From positions 31,035 to 95,034 of the forward strand of contig JACREQ010000111.1 of NCBI GenBank assembly GCA_016218155.1: 64,000 bases of DNA, in the 5' to 3' direction. The stretch's first letter is position 1, and every line of letters starts with the position of its first letter. The stretch is from Bacteroidia bacterium. GTDB lineage: Bacteria > Bacteroidota > Bacteroidia > Bacteroidales > GWA2-32-17. The position numbers and the translations under genes are program-made. This document shows positions 24,709-33,790 of this stretch, piece by piece. The notes below the pieces were generated by a model. The model was not told where the DNA came from. It saw only the letters and a program-made list of their open reading frames with translations, and searched no databases.

Positions 24709-27700
24709 ATGAAACTCTTTACTCTTATTATCGCTTTTGTAATTTCCTCATCGCTTGTTAATGCACAGGGATGGATGTGGGTAAAACATTTTAATGGTAC
24801 CGGGCAAAACATGCCAACTAGCGTAATACAAGATGCTTCAGGTAATAGTTATGTTTTTGGAAATATTAATGGAGCAGTAACTCAGGATGGCATTTCGTTA
24901 ACAACAAACGGACAAGATGCTTTCTTTGCAAAATATAATGCTGATGGACAAATCCAATGGATTAAACAGCTGGGTGGAACATATACACAAACCGCAGGAA
25001 GTATTGTTTTTAGTAACGATAAAAATTATATTTACTTATCTTTGTTAAACAATGGAACTTTCTCATTTGAAGGAACAGACATTCCTACTATTGGTGGATT
25101 TGACATTATAATTGTTCAATTCGACATTGCAGGTAATTACCAATGGGCATTTAATGCTGCTTATGGTGCAAGCAACCAAACAAACGGTGCTTTAGCAATT
25201 GACAACTCAGAAAATATCATTTTAGCTGGTGGTTTTTTAAATGATGTTACTTTTTTAGGAGGATTTTCATTAACATCTCCATCTGCATCAAATCAAAAAT
25301 TTATAGCAAAATTCGATAGCTGGGGAAATCTTTATTGGGCAAATAAAATTGACGACGATAATACAAATACTACCATTAAATCAATAAGTACTGATGCTAA
25401 TGGCTATTATTTCAGTGGACAATTTGCTGGAAATTTTTATTTACCTACCGGCACTTTAACTTCGAATTCAACTTACAGAGAAGGTTTTATTTATAAAACA
25501 GACATGGATGGAAATGGTATATGGGCAAGAAAAATTTCTGCAATTAACAATGATTTATATATAAATAAACATATTACTGATAATTCCGGCAATCATTATT
25601 TAGCAGGATATTATAACGGAGTTAGATTAAAAATTGATTCTACATCTACTGACACATCAAAAATAACTTACTTAAATACCACTTCCGGAACTTCAGATTT
25701 AATTGTTTTAAAATATAATGCTGACGGAAATTTGCAATGGACTAAGGCAATTGGGTCAATAAAAAACGAAAAAGCAATAAATCTTGATATCTCTAACAAT
25801 AAGCTTATAATCACTGGTTCTTATGAGGGCAGTGTGAATTTTGGAATCTATAACTTAACCAATTCTGGTGGTAGTGATGCATTTATTGCTGAGAGTGATC
25901 TAGATGGAGCTTTTTCAAATGCCATCAAGGCTTCCGGCACTTCAAATGATATAGGGCAAACTTCAGTCTATAGTTCTACCGGTAGAAACTTTATCGCTAT
26001 CGGAGACTTTGTTTCTCCTATTTTGACAATTGGTACCAATCAGCTTACAAATTCTCTAACTGGAATAAGAGATGCATATGTGGCAAAATTTGGTTGTTTT
26101 GATAGCCTACACTTATCTTCAACATTAATTTGTGTTGATTCCGAAGGTTTGCCAATTGCAAATGACGGTACAGCAACTGCCACACCATCCAACGGCTCTG
26201 AACCATATACCTATCTTTGGTCAAATAATGAAACTACACCTACAATAACCGGACTAGCAGCAGGCACATATACTGTAACTGTAAACGGTGCAAATAGTTG
26301 CACTGCCATAAGTTCAGTTAATGTTTCACTTAGCACAGGCTTAGCCTTAACAATGAATCAAAACAATATTACTTGTAGTGGAGGAAATGATGGCTATGCC
26401 TCAATATCTGTTTCAGGGGGAAACGCTCCATATACATATATTTGGTCGAACAGCGAAACAACATCAGATATTTACAATTTGTTACCTGGCTCATACAGCG
26501 TAACAGTAACTGACCAATGTGGAATTACAGCAGTAGATAATGCCTTAATTAGTCAACCAGATCCATTAAATGTTACTATTTCTTTTACAAATTTATCTTG
26601 TTACGGGCATGGTGACGATGGAACAGCTACAGCTATTGCAACTTTTGGTAACGAACCATATACGTATTTATGGTCAAACGATTCAACAAATGCATCTGTT
26701 ACCGGGTTAGTTGCAGGAACTTATTTTGTAAGTGTTACAGATAAGTGCGGTGAAACCGTTGTTAAAGAAGTAACTATAACAACACCACCTGCTTTAATAA
26801 CAGATATTACAAACAGAGTAAACGTTACATGCTTTGGTTTATGTAATGGATCAGCAACTGCAAATGTAACATCTGGTACAAGCCCATTTTCATATACATG
26901 GTCAACTACACCAGCTCAAACTGATGTAAATGCAATTAATCTTTGCGTTGGTAATTATTCTGTTTCTGTTACCGATGCAGCTGGTTGTACTTCTGTTTCC
27001 AATTTCTCCATCTCTGAGCCTGCAATATTATCAGGCACAATGGGACAAACAAATGCAAGTTGTTACGGATCATGTAATGGCTCTGCCTGGATTACTCCAT
27101 CCGGCGGAACAGCACCTATTAGCTATTTATGGAACGATGCCCAAACAAATGACACAATATACTCTTTATGTGCAGGAAAATATAAAGTTACAATAACAGA
27201 CATTAATAATTGTGTATATAACGATTCTGTTGATGTTATACAACCATTTACTTTAGCAGCAAACATTAGTCAAACAAACGTTAGTTGTTATGGTAGCTGC
27301 AATGGTACCGCAACTTCTGCGCCAACAGGAGGTGATGCTAATTATAATTATTTATGGTCTACAATACCAGCTAATACTACTAATTCAATTTCTTCCCTTT
27401 GTGAAGGCAAATATTATTTAACCGTTTCAGATGCTTATGGATGTAGTGTTATTGATTCAGTAACAATTACACAACCAGAAGTATTAACTTCAATAACATC
27501 TTTCACACCAATTAGTTGTTTTGGTGGTAATGATGGAACAGCTTCTGCAACCCCAACAGGAGGAACTCCATCTTATTCTTATTTATGGTCGGATAATCAG
27601 ACAACAGCAACTGCCACAAATTTGATTGCAGGTGTATTTTCAGTTACTGTTACAGACTTAAACAACTGCACAACAACAAATTTCGTTACTATTACAGAGC

Positions 27701-30003
27701 CGACTGTATTGTCTGTATTAACATCGTTCACACAAATCAGTTGTTTTGGTGGTAATGATGGAACAGCTACTGCAACTCCAGCAGGTGGGACACCTCCATA
27801 TACCTATTTATGGTCAGATAATCAAACAACAGCAACTGCCACAAATTTAGTAGCCGGAGTATTTTCAGTTACTATTACTGATTTAAACAATTGCACAGCA
27901 ACTAACTCTGTTACTATTACAGAACCATCAGCATTAACAGTATTAACATCGTTCACACAAATAAGCTGTTTTGGTAGAAATGATGGAACAGCTACTGCAA
28001 CTCCAGCAGGTGGAACTCCATCTTATTCTTATCTATGGTCAGATAATCAAACCACCGCTACAGCAATAAATTTAGTAGCCGGTAATTATTCTGTTACTAT
28101 TACTGATGGATGTAGTAATACAACAACTAGTTACATAACAGTAACTGAGCCCTCAATTATGCTTGCAACACCTTCACAGATTGAACCATCAATTAATTCG
28201 TGTGATGGAACAGCTACTATTTCCACTACGGGTGGAACAAGCCCTTACACTTATTACTGGAACACTTCACCGGTACAAACAACTAGTACAGCTACTAATA
28301 TTTGTGGTGGAATTTGCTCTGTTACGATTACTGACAATAATAGCTGTACAACTACTCAAGAATATGCTTTTAAGAAAGCCATTAATCTTTCTGTTTTTGG
28401 AACACCTACTGCAAACACAGCTACACTAATTTGGGATGGAAGTAACGCAACAAATTATCAATTACAATTTTACATAGAAGGGACTACAGAATATAATATA
28501 CAAACAATTACAAGCAGCCCCTATACACTAAATTCTTTGCAACCAAACACAGCCTATTGCTGCAGAATTAGGACAAATATCGACGGAAATTATTCCAATT
28601 ATTCACCTATAGTTCATTTCACTACTGCTAGTGGATCTTCAATTCTTGCAACTAATTTAGCTATACAAGGAACACCTACTGCAACTACTGCAAATTTGAC
28701 ATGGTCAGGAAGTGGAGCTGATTCTTACCAAATACAATATTATATTGATGGAACAACAAATTATCTTTTTCAAAGTTCAACAAATTCACCGTACACTTTA
28801 ACCAATTTAATACCAAACACAATCTATAATTGCAGAATAAGAACATATTCAGGAGGTACATACTCTAACTATTCTTCTGCAATCTCTTTTACAACTGCAG
28901 ATGGTTCATATATTGCAACAAACTTAAATGTTTCGGGAACACCAACCGCGAATTCTGCAACCTTAATCTGGGATGGTAGCGGAGCCGATTACTATCAAAT
29001 ACAATACTATATAGATGGAACTACAAATTATTTATCTCAAAACTCCACTTCTTCACCATTAATAATTAATGCGTTACAACCAAACACTACATATAATTGC
29101 AGAATTAGAACTTATTTTGGAGGTACTTATACCTCTTATTCATCCATAGTTAGTTTTACTACAGCTGATGGAAGTTCAATACTTGCTACAAACCTTGCTG
29201 TTTCTGGAACACCTTCAGCAAATGCTGCAACATTAATCTGGAATGGTAGCGGAGCCGATTCATACCAAATACAATACTATATAAATGGGACAACAAATTA
29301 CCTGACTCAAACTGCAACAAATTCCCCAACTACTCTTAATTCTTTACAACCAAACACATCTTATAATTGCAGGATTAGAACATTTTCAGGTGGTGTCTAC
29401 TCCAATTACTCTTCTGTCGTTTCTTTTACTACTGCCAATGGTACTTCAATATTAGCAACAAACTTATCTGTAGTAGGATCACCTACTACAACAACATGTA
29501 CACTTAGCTGGGACGGCAGTGGAGCCACCTCATATCAAATTATATACTATAAAGCCGGAACAACAATTTATAAATTTAAAAGTAGTACATCTAGTCCAGC
29601 TACATTAACTGCACTTGAGGCCAATACCACTTATAATTGTAGGATAAGAACATATTCTGGCGGAACTTATTCAAATTACTCTCCAATTCTAAGCTTTACA
29701 ACTGCTAGTACTGCTAAATCTTATACAGAATTAACAGAATCAACTATGACATTATTTGATATTAATACTTACCCGAACCCTGCTACTGATGTTATAAATT
29801 TAGATTTCAATTCAGAAAAAGAGGGACTTATTAACTTGTCAATTTATAATATTAATGGAATGCTCTGTGAAACAACAATTATTGAAAACTCAGTTGGACA
29901 AAATCATTTTTTATTTAAAATTAATAATCTTTCATCCGGAATATATTTCATGATTTTAAGTAAAAATGATTTTTCCTATAAGACAAAATTAATTGTTCAA
30001 TAA
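24709..30003 (+). CDS. giant T9SS-secreted surface protein (SBBP beta-propeller repeats, ~10 SprB repeats, 5 FN3-like repeats, T9SS C-terminal sorting domain)
   Basis: 1764 aa with a signal peptide. N-terminal G-x-(I/L)-(Q/Y)-W-x-K propeller repeats are followed by C-x-G-x-x-(D/N)-G-x-A...Y-x-Y-(L/I)-W-S units, then YQIQYY...NCRIRT units. The C-terminus YPNPATDVINLDF...GIYFMILS...KLIVQ is a Por_Secre_tail-type CTD. Confidence 0.9.
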   Translation: MKLFTLIIAFVISSSLVNAQGWMWVKHFNGTGQNMPTSVIQDASGNSYVFGNINGAVTQDGISLTTNGQDAFFAKYNADGQIQWIKQLGGTYTQTAGSIVFSNDKNYIYLSLLNNGTFSFEGTDIPTIGGFDIIIVQFDIAGNYQWAFNAAYGASNQTNGALAIDNSENIILAGGFLNDVTFLGGFSLTSPSASNQKFIAKFDSWGNLYWANKIDDDNTNTTIKSISTDANGYYFSGQFAGNFYLPTGTLTSNSTYREGFIYKTDMDGNGIWARKISAINNDLYINKHITDNSGNHYLAGYYNGVRLKIDSTSTDTSKITYLNTTSGTSDLIVLKYNADGNLQWTKAIGSIKNEKAINLDISNNKLIITGSYEGSVNFGIYNLTNSGGSDAFIAESDLDGAFSNAIKASGTSNDIGQTSVYSSTGRNFIAIGDFVSPILTIGTNQLTNSLTGIRDAYVAKFGCFDSLHLSSTLICVDSEGLPIANDGTATATPSNGSEPYTYLWSNNETTPTITGLAAGTYTVTVNGANSCTAISSVNVSLSTGLALTMNQNNITCSGGNDGYASISVSGGNAPYTYIWSNSETTSDIYNLLPGSYSVTVTDQCGITAVDNALISQPDPLNVTISFTNLSCYGHGDDGTATAIATFGNEPYTYLWSNDSTNASVTGLVAGTYFVSVTDKCGETVVKEVTITTPPALITDITNRVNVTCFGLCNGSATANVTSGTSPFSYTWSTTPAQTDVNAINLCVGNYSVSVTDAAGCTSVSNFSISEPAILSGTMGQTNASCYGSCNGSAWITPSGGTAPISYLWNDAQTNDTIYSLCAGKYKVTITDINNCVYNDSVDVIQPFTLAANISQTNVSCYGSCNGTATSAPTGGDANYNYLWSTIPANTTNSISSLCEGKYYLTVSDAYGCSVIDSVTITQPEVLTSITSFTPISCFGGNDGTASATPTGGTPSYSYLWSDNQTTATATNLIAGVFSVTVTDLNNCTTTNFVTITEPTVLSVLTSFTQISCFGGNDGTATATPAGGTPPYTYLWSDNQTTATATNLVAGVFSVTITDLNNCTATNSVTITEPSALTVLTSFTQISCFGRNDGTATATPAGGTPSYSYLWSDNQTTATAINLVAGNYSVTITDGCSNTTTSYITVTEPSIMLATPSQIEPSINSCDGTATISTTGGTSPYTYYWNTSPVQTTSTATNICGGICSVTITDNNSCTTTQEYAFKKAINLSVFGTPTANTATLIWDGSNATNYQLQFYIEGTTEYNIQTITSSPYTLNSLQPNTAYCCRIRTNIDGNYSNYSPIVHFTTASGSSILATNLAIQGTPTATTANLTWSGSGADSYQIQYYIDGTTNYLFQSSTNSPYTLTNLIPNTIYNCRIRTYSGGTYSNYSSAISFTTADGSYIATNLNVSGTPTANSATLIWDGSGADYYQIQYYIDGTTNYLSQNSTSSPLIINALQPNTTYNCRIRTYFGGTYTSYSSIVSFTTADGSSILATNLAVSGTPSANAATLIWNGSGADSYQIQYYINGTTNYLTQTATNSPTTLNSLQPNTSYNCRIRTFSGGVYSNYSSVVSFTTANGTSILATNLSVVGSPTTTTCTLSWDGSGATSYQIIYYKAGTTIYKFKSSTSSPATLTALEANTTYNCRIRTYSGGTYSNYSPILSFTTASTAKSYTELTESTMTLFDINTYPNPATDVINLDFNSEKEGLINLSIYNINGMLCETTIIENSVGQNHFLFKINNLSSGIYFMILSKNDFSYKTKLIVQ
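26092..28377 (+). repeat. about 10 tandem ~76-aa SprB-type repeats (coding); units 7-9 (27478-28152) are near-identical
   Basis: Repeated pattern: (I/V)SC(Y/F)G..(D/N)G.A.......GG..PY.Y.WS.......(I/L)..L.AG.Y.V.(V/I)TD...C. Confidence 0.75.
28378..29706 (+). repeat. 5 tandem ~89-aa FN3-like repeats (coding)
   Basis: Unit consensus: ATNLAVQGTPTAN.ATL.W.GSGA..YQIQYYI.GTTNY..Q...SSP.TL..L.PNT.YNCRIRTYSGG.YS.YS....FTTA.G.SI. Confidence 0.8.
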
Positions 30004-30016
30004 ATTTAAAAATAAG

Positions 30017-30048
30017 AGGCTGTCTCGAAAGGACAGCCTTTTATTTTT
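30017..30048 (+). terminator. rho-independent terminator
   Basis: Stem aggctgtc(t)/(g)gacagcct with loop cgaaa, followed by TTTTATTTTT. Confidence 0.7.
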
Positions 30049-30286
30049 GGTCTGTGGCTTACATGCCTATAATTTTTGCATCGTCGATAACTATTAATCT
30101 GCTTATCATAGACTTCGATGAATTTTCTCTGCGGTTACTAGAAATACTACCACACCTTCAGTAATAAATAGAAATAAAATATTAACCCGAAGGTTAGCAA
30201 TTGAGCAAATGCTATATTTTATGATAGCTTTAAACTAATTAATGATTTCATATATCACATTCAATTTAATTAAAAATGTATAAAAC

Positions 30287-30312
30287 GGAACATTTTTTTG
30301 ATGTATTTCGTA
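30287..30312 (+). promoter_or_regulatory. candidate ECF-type promoter GGAAC-N17-CGTA upstream of the second T9SS cargo gene
   Basis: GGAAC at 30287-30291 and CGTAAA from 30309. The motif ends 41 nt before the ATG, mirroring 24644-24668. Confidence 0.4.
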
Positions 30313-30353
30313 AATATAATCCTTGAATAATAATAACTAAAAATATACATTAT

Positions 30354-33300
30354 ATGAAACAACTTTTTAGCTTTATCGCACTGATAATTGCCTTGAACTT
30401 TTCTTTAAATGGAGCTAATTTTAAAGATCAACCTACAACTATTAAGCAACCTGACGGTACAGTTATTAACTGCCTGAATTCGGGCGATGAGTTTTTTAAC
30501 TATATTCATGATGAGTATGGTTACACTATTATTCAAGGTCAGGATGGATGGTATTATTATGCCGTAAAAGACAATTATGAACAAATAATTCCATCAACTT
30601 ATAAAGTAGGTACAATTAACCCTGATAATGTAAATCTTCAGAAGTTTGTAAAACTAACTAAAAATCAATATCAGGAAAAGGTAAATCGATATTTTGCACC
30701 ACTTAAAGACAATTCAAAAGGTGGTACCTATAATATAGGAAAAGCACCATCGTCAGGAACTTTTAATAATCTTGTAGTATATATTCGATTTGCAGACGAT
30801 CCAGCGTTTTCAAATAATCGTCAAACCTATATTGATCTTTTCACAGGAACCGGAGGAGCAACTTATAGTGTTCAGGAATATTTTACTTCAGTATCATATA
30901 ATCAAATGCTAGTTAATGCAACTCATTTTCCTGATTGTGCACCTACTACAAACATTTCATTTCAGGATGCACATAACAGAGGGTATTTTCAACCATACAA
31001 TGCAACCACTAACACGATAGGATATCAGGATGACACAGAAGCAAGATTAAGAGAACATCAGTTGCTTGTTGATGCAGTAAATTTTACAAAAACAGAAATT
31101 GAAGCTACATTACCTGCAAATGAAATTGATCTGGATTCTGATGGGTATGTAGATAATATGTCATTTATTATATACGGAGATAATGATGCCTGGAGTGATT
31201 TATTATGGGCTCACCGTTGGGCATTATATACATATAATGTTAGCATTAATGGAAAAAGAGTCTGGGATTATACTTTTCAACCGGAAACACAATGTACAGC
31301 AAGAACTACATGTCATGAACTATTTCATTGCATGGGGTCACCCGATTTATATCATTATACCGATAATGGAGTTGATCCTTGCTGGTACTGGGATTTAATG
31401 GAATATGGTTCAGGCTCTATGACTGCATATATGAAGGAACAGATAGGAGGATGGATTACAATTCCTTCAATTTCTACTAGTGGATCTTATAGTTTAAGCC
31501 CATTAGCAGGTTCGACAAATAATGCTTATAAGATTGCACTTCCTAATTCAACTACAGAATTTCTTATCCTTGAATTCAGAAAAAAAACCGGACCTGTTGA
31601 AGCAAAATTAACAGCTTCGGCCGACGAAGGTTTGCTTATTTACAGAATTAACACTAATGTAACTATTGACGATGGCAACCGCAATGGACCACCAGATATG
31701 CTGTGGGTTTACAGACCCAATGGTGATACCAATAATAATGGAACACCAGGCGATGCAACTTTCAGTTCTACACAAGGACGAACCTCTTTTTCTGATGTTT
31801 CAAATCCTGCATTACTACTTTCTGATGATGCAACCTGGGGTGGAATATCCATTACGAATATAGGTGCAGTTGGATCTACCATTTCTTTTAATGTTACCTT
31901 TCCATCATCTGGGTATAATGTTACTTTTAATGTAACTGATGGAACAAATCCTGTTTCTGGAGCTAATGTAACATTTAACAGTACTTCACAGTTAACTAAT
32001 GCTTCAGGCATAACTACTTTTACAAGTGTTTCTGCTGGTAATAATTTAGCATATTCTGTAGCAAAAACAGGTTATACAACTTCAAATGGTACTGTTAATG
32101 TTATAAATACTGATGTTACCAAAAATGTTGTACTAGCAAGTCAAACTGCAACTAATCTTGCAGTACAAGGTACTCCAACTGCAAATACAGCAACTTTAAT
32201 CTGGTCTGGAAGTGGTGCAACAAACTACCAGATACAGTATTATATACAAGGTACCACAAATTACTTCTTTCAAACTGCTAACTCCAGTCCATACACTTTA
32301 CAAGCTCTAGAACCAAATTCAATATATTGTTGTAGAATAAGAACAAATTTAAGTGGTACTTATACTTCATATTCTTCAATTGTAACATTTACTACTTCAA
32401 ACGGATCTTCAATTTTAGCAACTAATTTAGCTGTACAGGGCACTCCTACTGCTAATGCGGCAACTTTAACTTGGACTGGAAGTGGAGCAACTTCTTATCA
32501 GATTCAATACTACATTAATGGAAGTACAAATTATTATTTACAAACAGCAATAAGTTCGCCATTTACACTAAATGCCTTAGAACCAAACACAATATACAAC
32601 TGTAGAATAAGAACATATTCTGGCGGAATATATTCATCTTATTCTCCAATCTTAAGTTTTACAACTGCAAATGGAACTTCAATTCTTGCAAGTAATCTTG
32701 CAGTTCAAGGAACTCCAACTGCAAATGCTGCAACATTAACCTGGAATGGAAGTGGAGCTACCTCATATCAAATACAGTATTATATAAACGGAACAACAAA
32801 TTATAATATTCAGACTGTGGCAAGTTCACCATTTACACTCAATGCTTTAGAACCTAATACCACTTATAATTGCAGAATAAGAACATATTCAGGTGGTACT
32901 TATACATCATATTCTCCTATTATTAGTTTTACAACTGCAAATGGTACCTCTATTTTAGCAACAAATCTATCTGTACAGGGAACACCAACAACAACTACCT
33001 GTTCACTAACATGGAATGGGAATGGCGCAAACTCTTATCAAATTATCTACTATAAAACTGGTACAACAAATTATAATATTCGCAATTTCACTAGTAGTCC
33101 GGCATTACTTACCTCGCTTTTGCCTAATACAAATTATGAATGTAGAATCAGAACGTATTCCGGTGGAACTTATACATCTTACTCGCCAACTTTAACATTT
33201 TCAACTGCAGCTTCTTTTAAAAATGACGTAACAAATGAACCATTATTAAATTACTCCCCTATTACCGAAGCTATTATTTATCCTAATCCTGCAACTAGTT

Positions 33301-33512
33301 TTTATAACTTAGACTTTAGCTCTGAAACAAATGGACAAATAAATTTCTCAATATTTAATATTGATGGTAAGTTATGTGAAACTAAGGTAATAGAACATCA
33401 AAAAGGAATTAATCATTTTGTTTTTGAAACCCCAAAACTTTCATCCGGATTATACTTTATTATTTTAAATAAAAATGACTTTAATTTTCAGCTAAAGTTA
33501 ATTGTTAAATAA
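30354..33512 (+). CDS. T9SS-secreted M6-like (immune inhibitor A-type) zinc metalloprotease with an Ig/CarboxypepD-like domain, 4 FN3-like repeats and a CTD
   Basis: 1052 aa with a signal peptide. The zinc motif TCHELFHCMGSPDLYH (HExxH) is present. After YNVTFNVTDGTNPVSGANVTF come 4 YQIQYY/CRIRT units, ending in the C-terminal YPNPATSFYNLDF...GLYFIILN...KLIVK. Confidence 0.85.
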   Translation: MKQLFSFIALIIALNFSLNGANFKDQPTTIKQPDGTVINCLNSGDEFFNYIHDEYGYTIIQGQDGWYYYAVKDNYEQIIPSTYKVGTINPDNVNLQKFVKLTKNQYQEKVNRYFAPLKDNSKGGTYNIGKAPSSGTFNNLVVYIRFADDPAFSNNRQTYIDLFTGTGGATYSVQEYFTSVSYNQMLVNATHFPDCAPTTNISFQDAHNRGYFQPYNATTNTIGYQDDTEARLREHQLLVDAVNFTKTEIEATLPANEIDLDSDGYVDNMSFIIYGDNDAWSDLLWAHRWALYTYNVSINGKRVWDYTFQPETQCTARTTCHELFHCMGSPDLYHYTDNGVDPCWYWDLMEYGSGSMTAYMKEQIGGWITIPSISTSGSYSLSPLAGSTNNAYKIALPNSTTEFLILEFRKKTGPVEAKLTASADEGLLIYRINTNVTIDDGNRNGPPDMLWVYRPNGDTNNNGTPGDATFSSTQGRTSFSDVSNPALLLSDDATWGGISITNIGAVGSTISFNVTFPSSGYNVTFNVTDGTNPVSGANVTFNSTSQLTNASGITTFTSVSAGNNLAYSVAKTGYTTSNGTVNVINTDVTKNVVLASQTATNLAVQGTPTANTATLIWSGSGATNYQIQYYIQGTTNYFFQTANSSPYTLQALEPNSIYCCRIRTNLSGTYTSYSSIVTFTTSNGSSILATNLAVQGTPTANAATLTWTGSGATSYQIQYYINGSTNYYLQTAISSPFTLNALEPNTIYNCRIRTYSGGIYSSYSPILSFTTANGTSILASNLAVQGTPTANAATLTWNGSGATSYQIQYYINGTTNYNIQTVASSPFTLNALEPNTTYNCRIRTYSGGTYTSYSPIISFTTANGTSILATNLSVQGTPTTTTCSLTWNGNGANSYQIIYYKTGTTNYNIRNFTSSPALLTSLLPNTNYECRIRTYSGGTYTSYSPTLTFSTAASFKNDVTNEPLLNYSPITEAIIYPNPATSFYNLDFSSETNGQINFSIFNIDGKLCETKVIEHQKGINHFVFETPKLSSGLYFIILNKNDFNFQLKLIVK
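32145..33209 (+). repeat. 4 tandem ~89-aa FN3-like repeats (coding)
   Basis: Same unit as at 28378-29706. By eye the DNA-level identity between genes is only moderate. Confidence 0.8.
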
Positions 33513-33540
33513 AAACTTATTTTCTTACAATAGAATATAT

Positions 33541-33577
33541 AAAGTAAAGGGTTGCATTTTGCAACCCTTTACTTTTG
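33541..33577 (+). terminator. terminator-like long hairpin
   Basis: Perfect 15-bp stem aaagtaaagggttgc/gcaaccctttacttt with loop atttt. The T-rich run lies within and after the 3' arm. Confidence 0.7.
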
Positions 33578-33719
33578 CATATAGTATTAAAATTCTAATT
33601 ATTATACGAGCTCCATATTAATTTAATATACTAATACTTATAATACTTCATATTACGACATTAACATTTATTAACAATAAGTAATTTAGCTTATTTATAT
33701 TTAGTCTAAATTAATATAG

Positions 33720-33727
33720 TATATTTG
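33720..33727 (+). promoter_or_regulatory. candidate housekeeping -7 box (TATATTTG) for the third T9SS cargo gene
   Basis: TAnnTTTG match 63 nt upstream of the ATG at 33791. This upstream region has no GGAAC...CGTA motif. Confidence 0.3.
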
Positions 33728-33790
33728 TAATAATTAAGTAAAGCATATTCTTAATTATATAAAATACAAAAACAATTTAACTCCTTAAAT

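Noticed and set aside
26930-28429. 88-aa ORFs 26930-27196 and 28163-28429 (+)
   Set aside because: They are out-of-frame ORFs within the 1764-aa T9SS gene and are repeat-induced open frames.
30101-30235. Short imperfect inverted repeat (ttatcata ... tatgata) in the spacer between cargo genes 1 and 2, considered as an invertible promoter
   Set aside because: Only 7 of 8 nt match. That is far shorter than the roughly 20-bp inverted repeats of Bacteroidales invertible promoters, and no recombinase gene is nearby.
31183-32011. ORFs 31183-31398 (+), 31666-31863 (+) and 31709-32011 (-)
   Set aside because: They are embedded in, or antisense to, the metalloprotease gene and have no independent signals.
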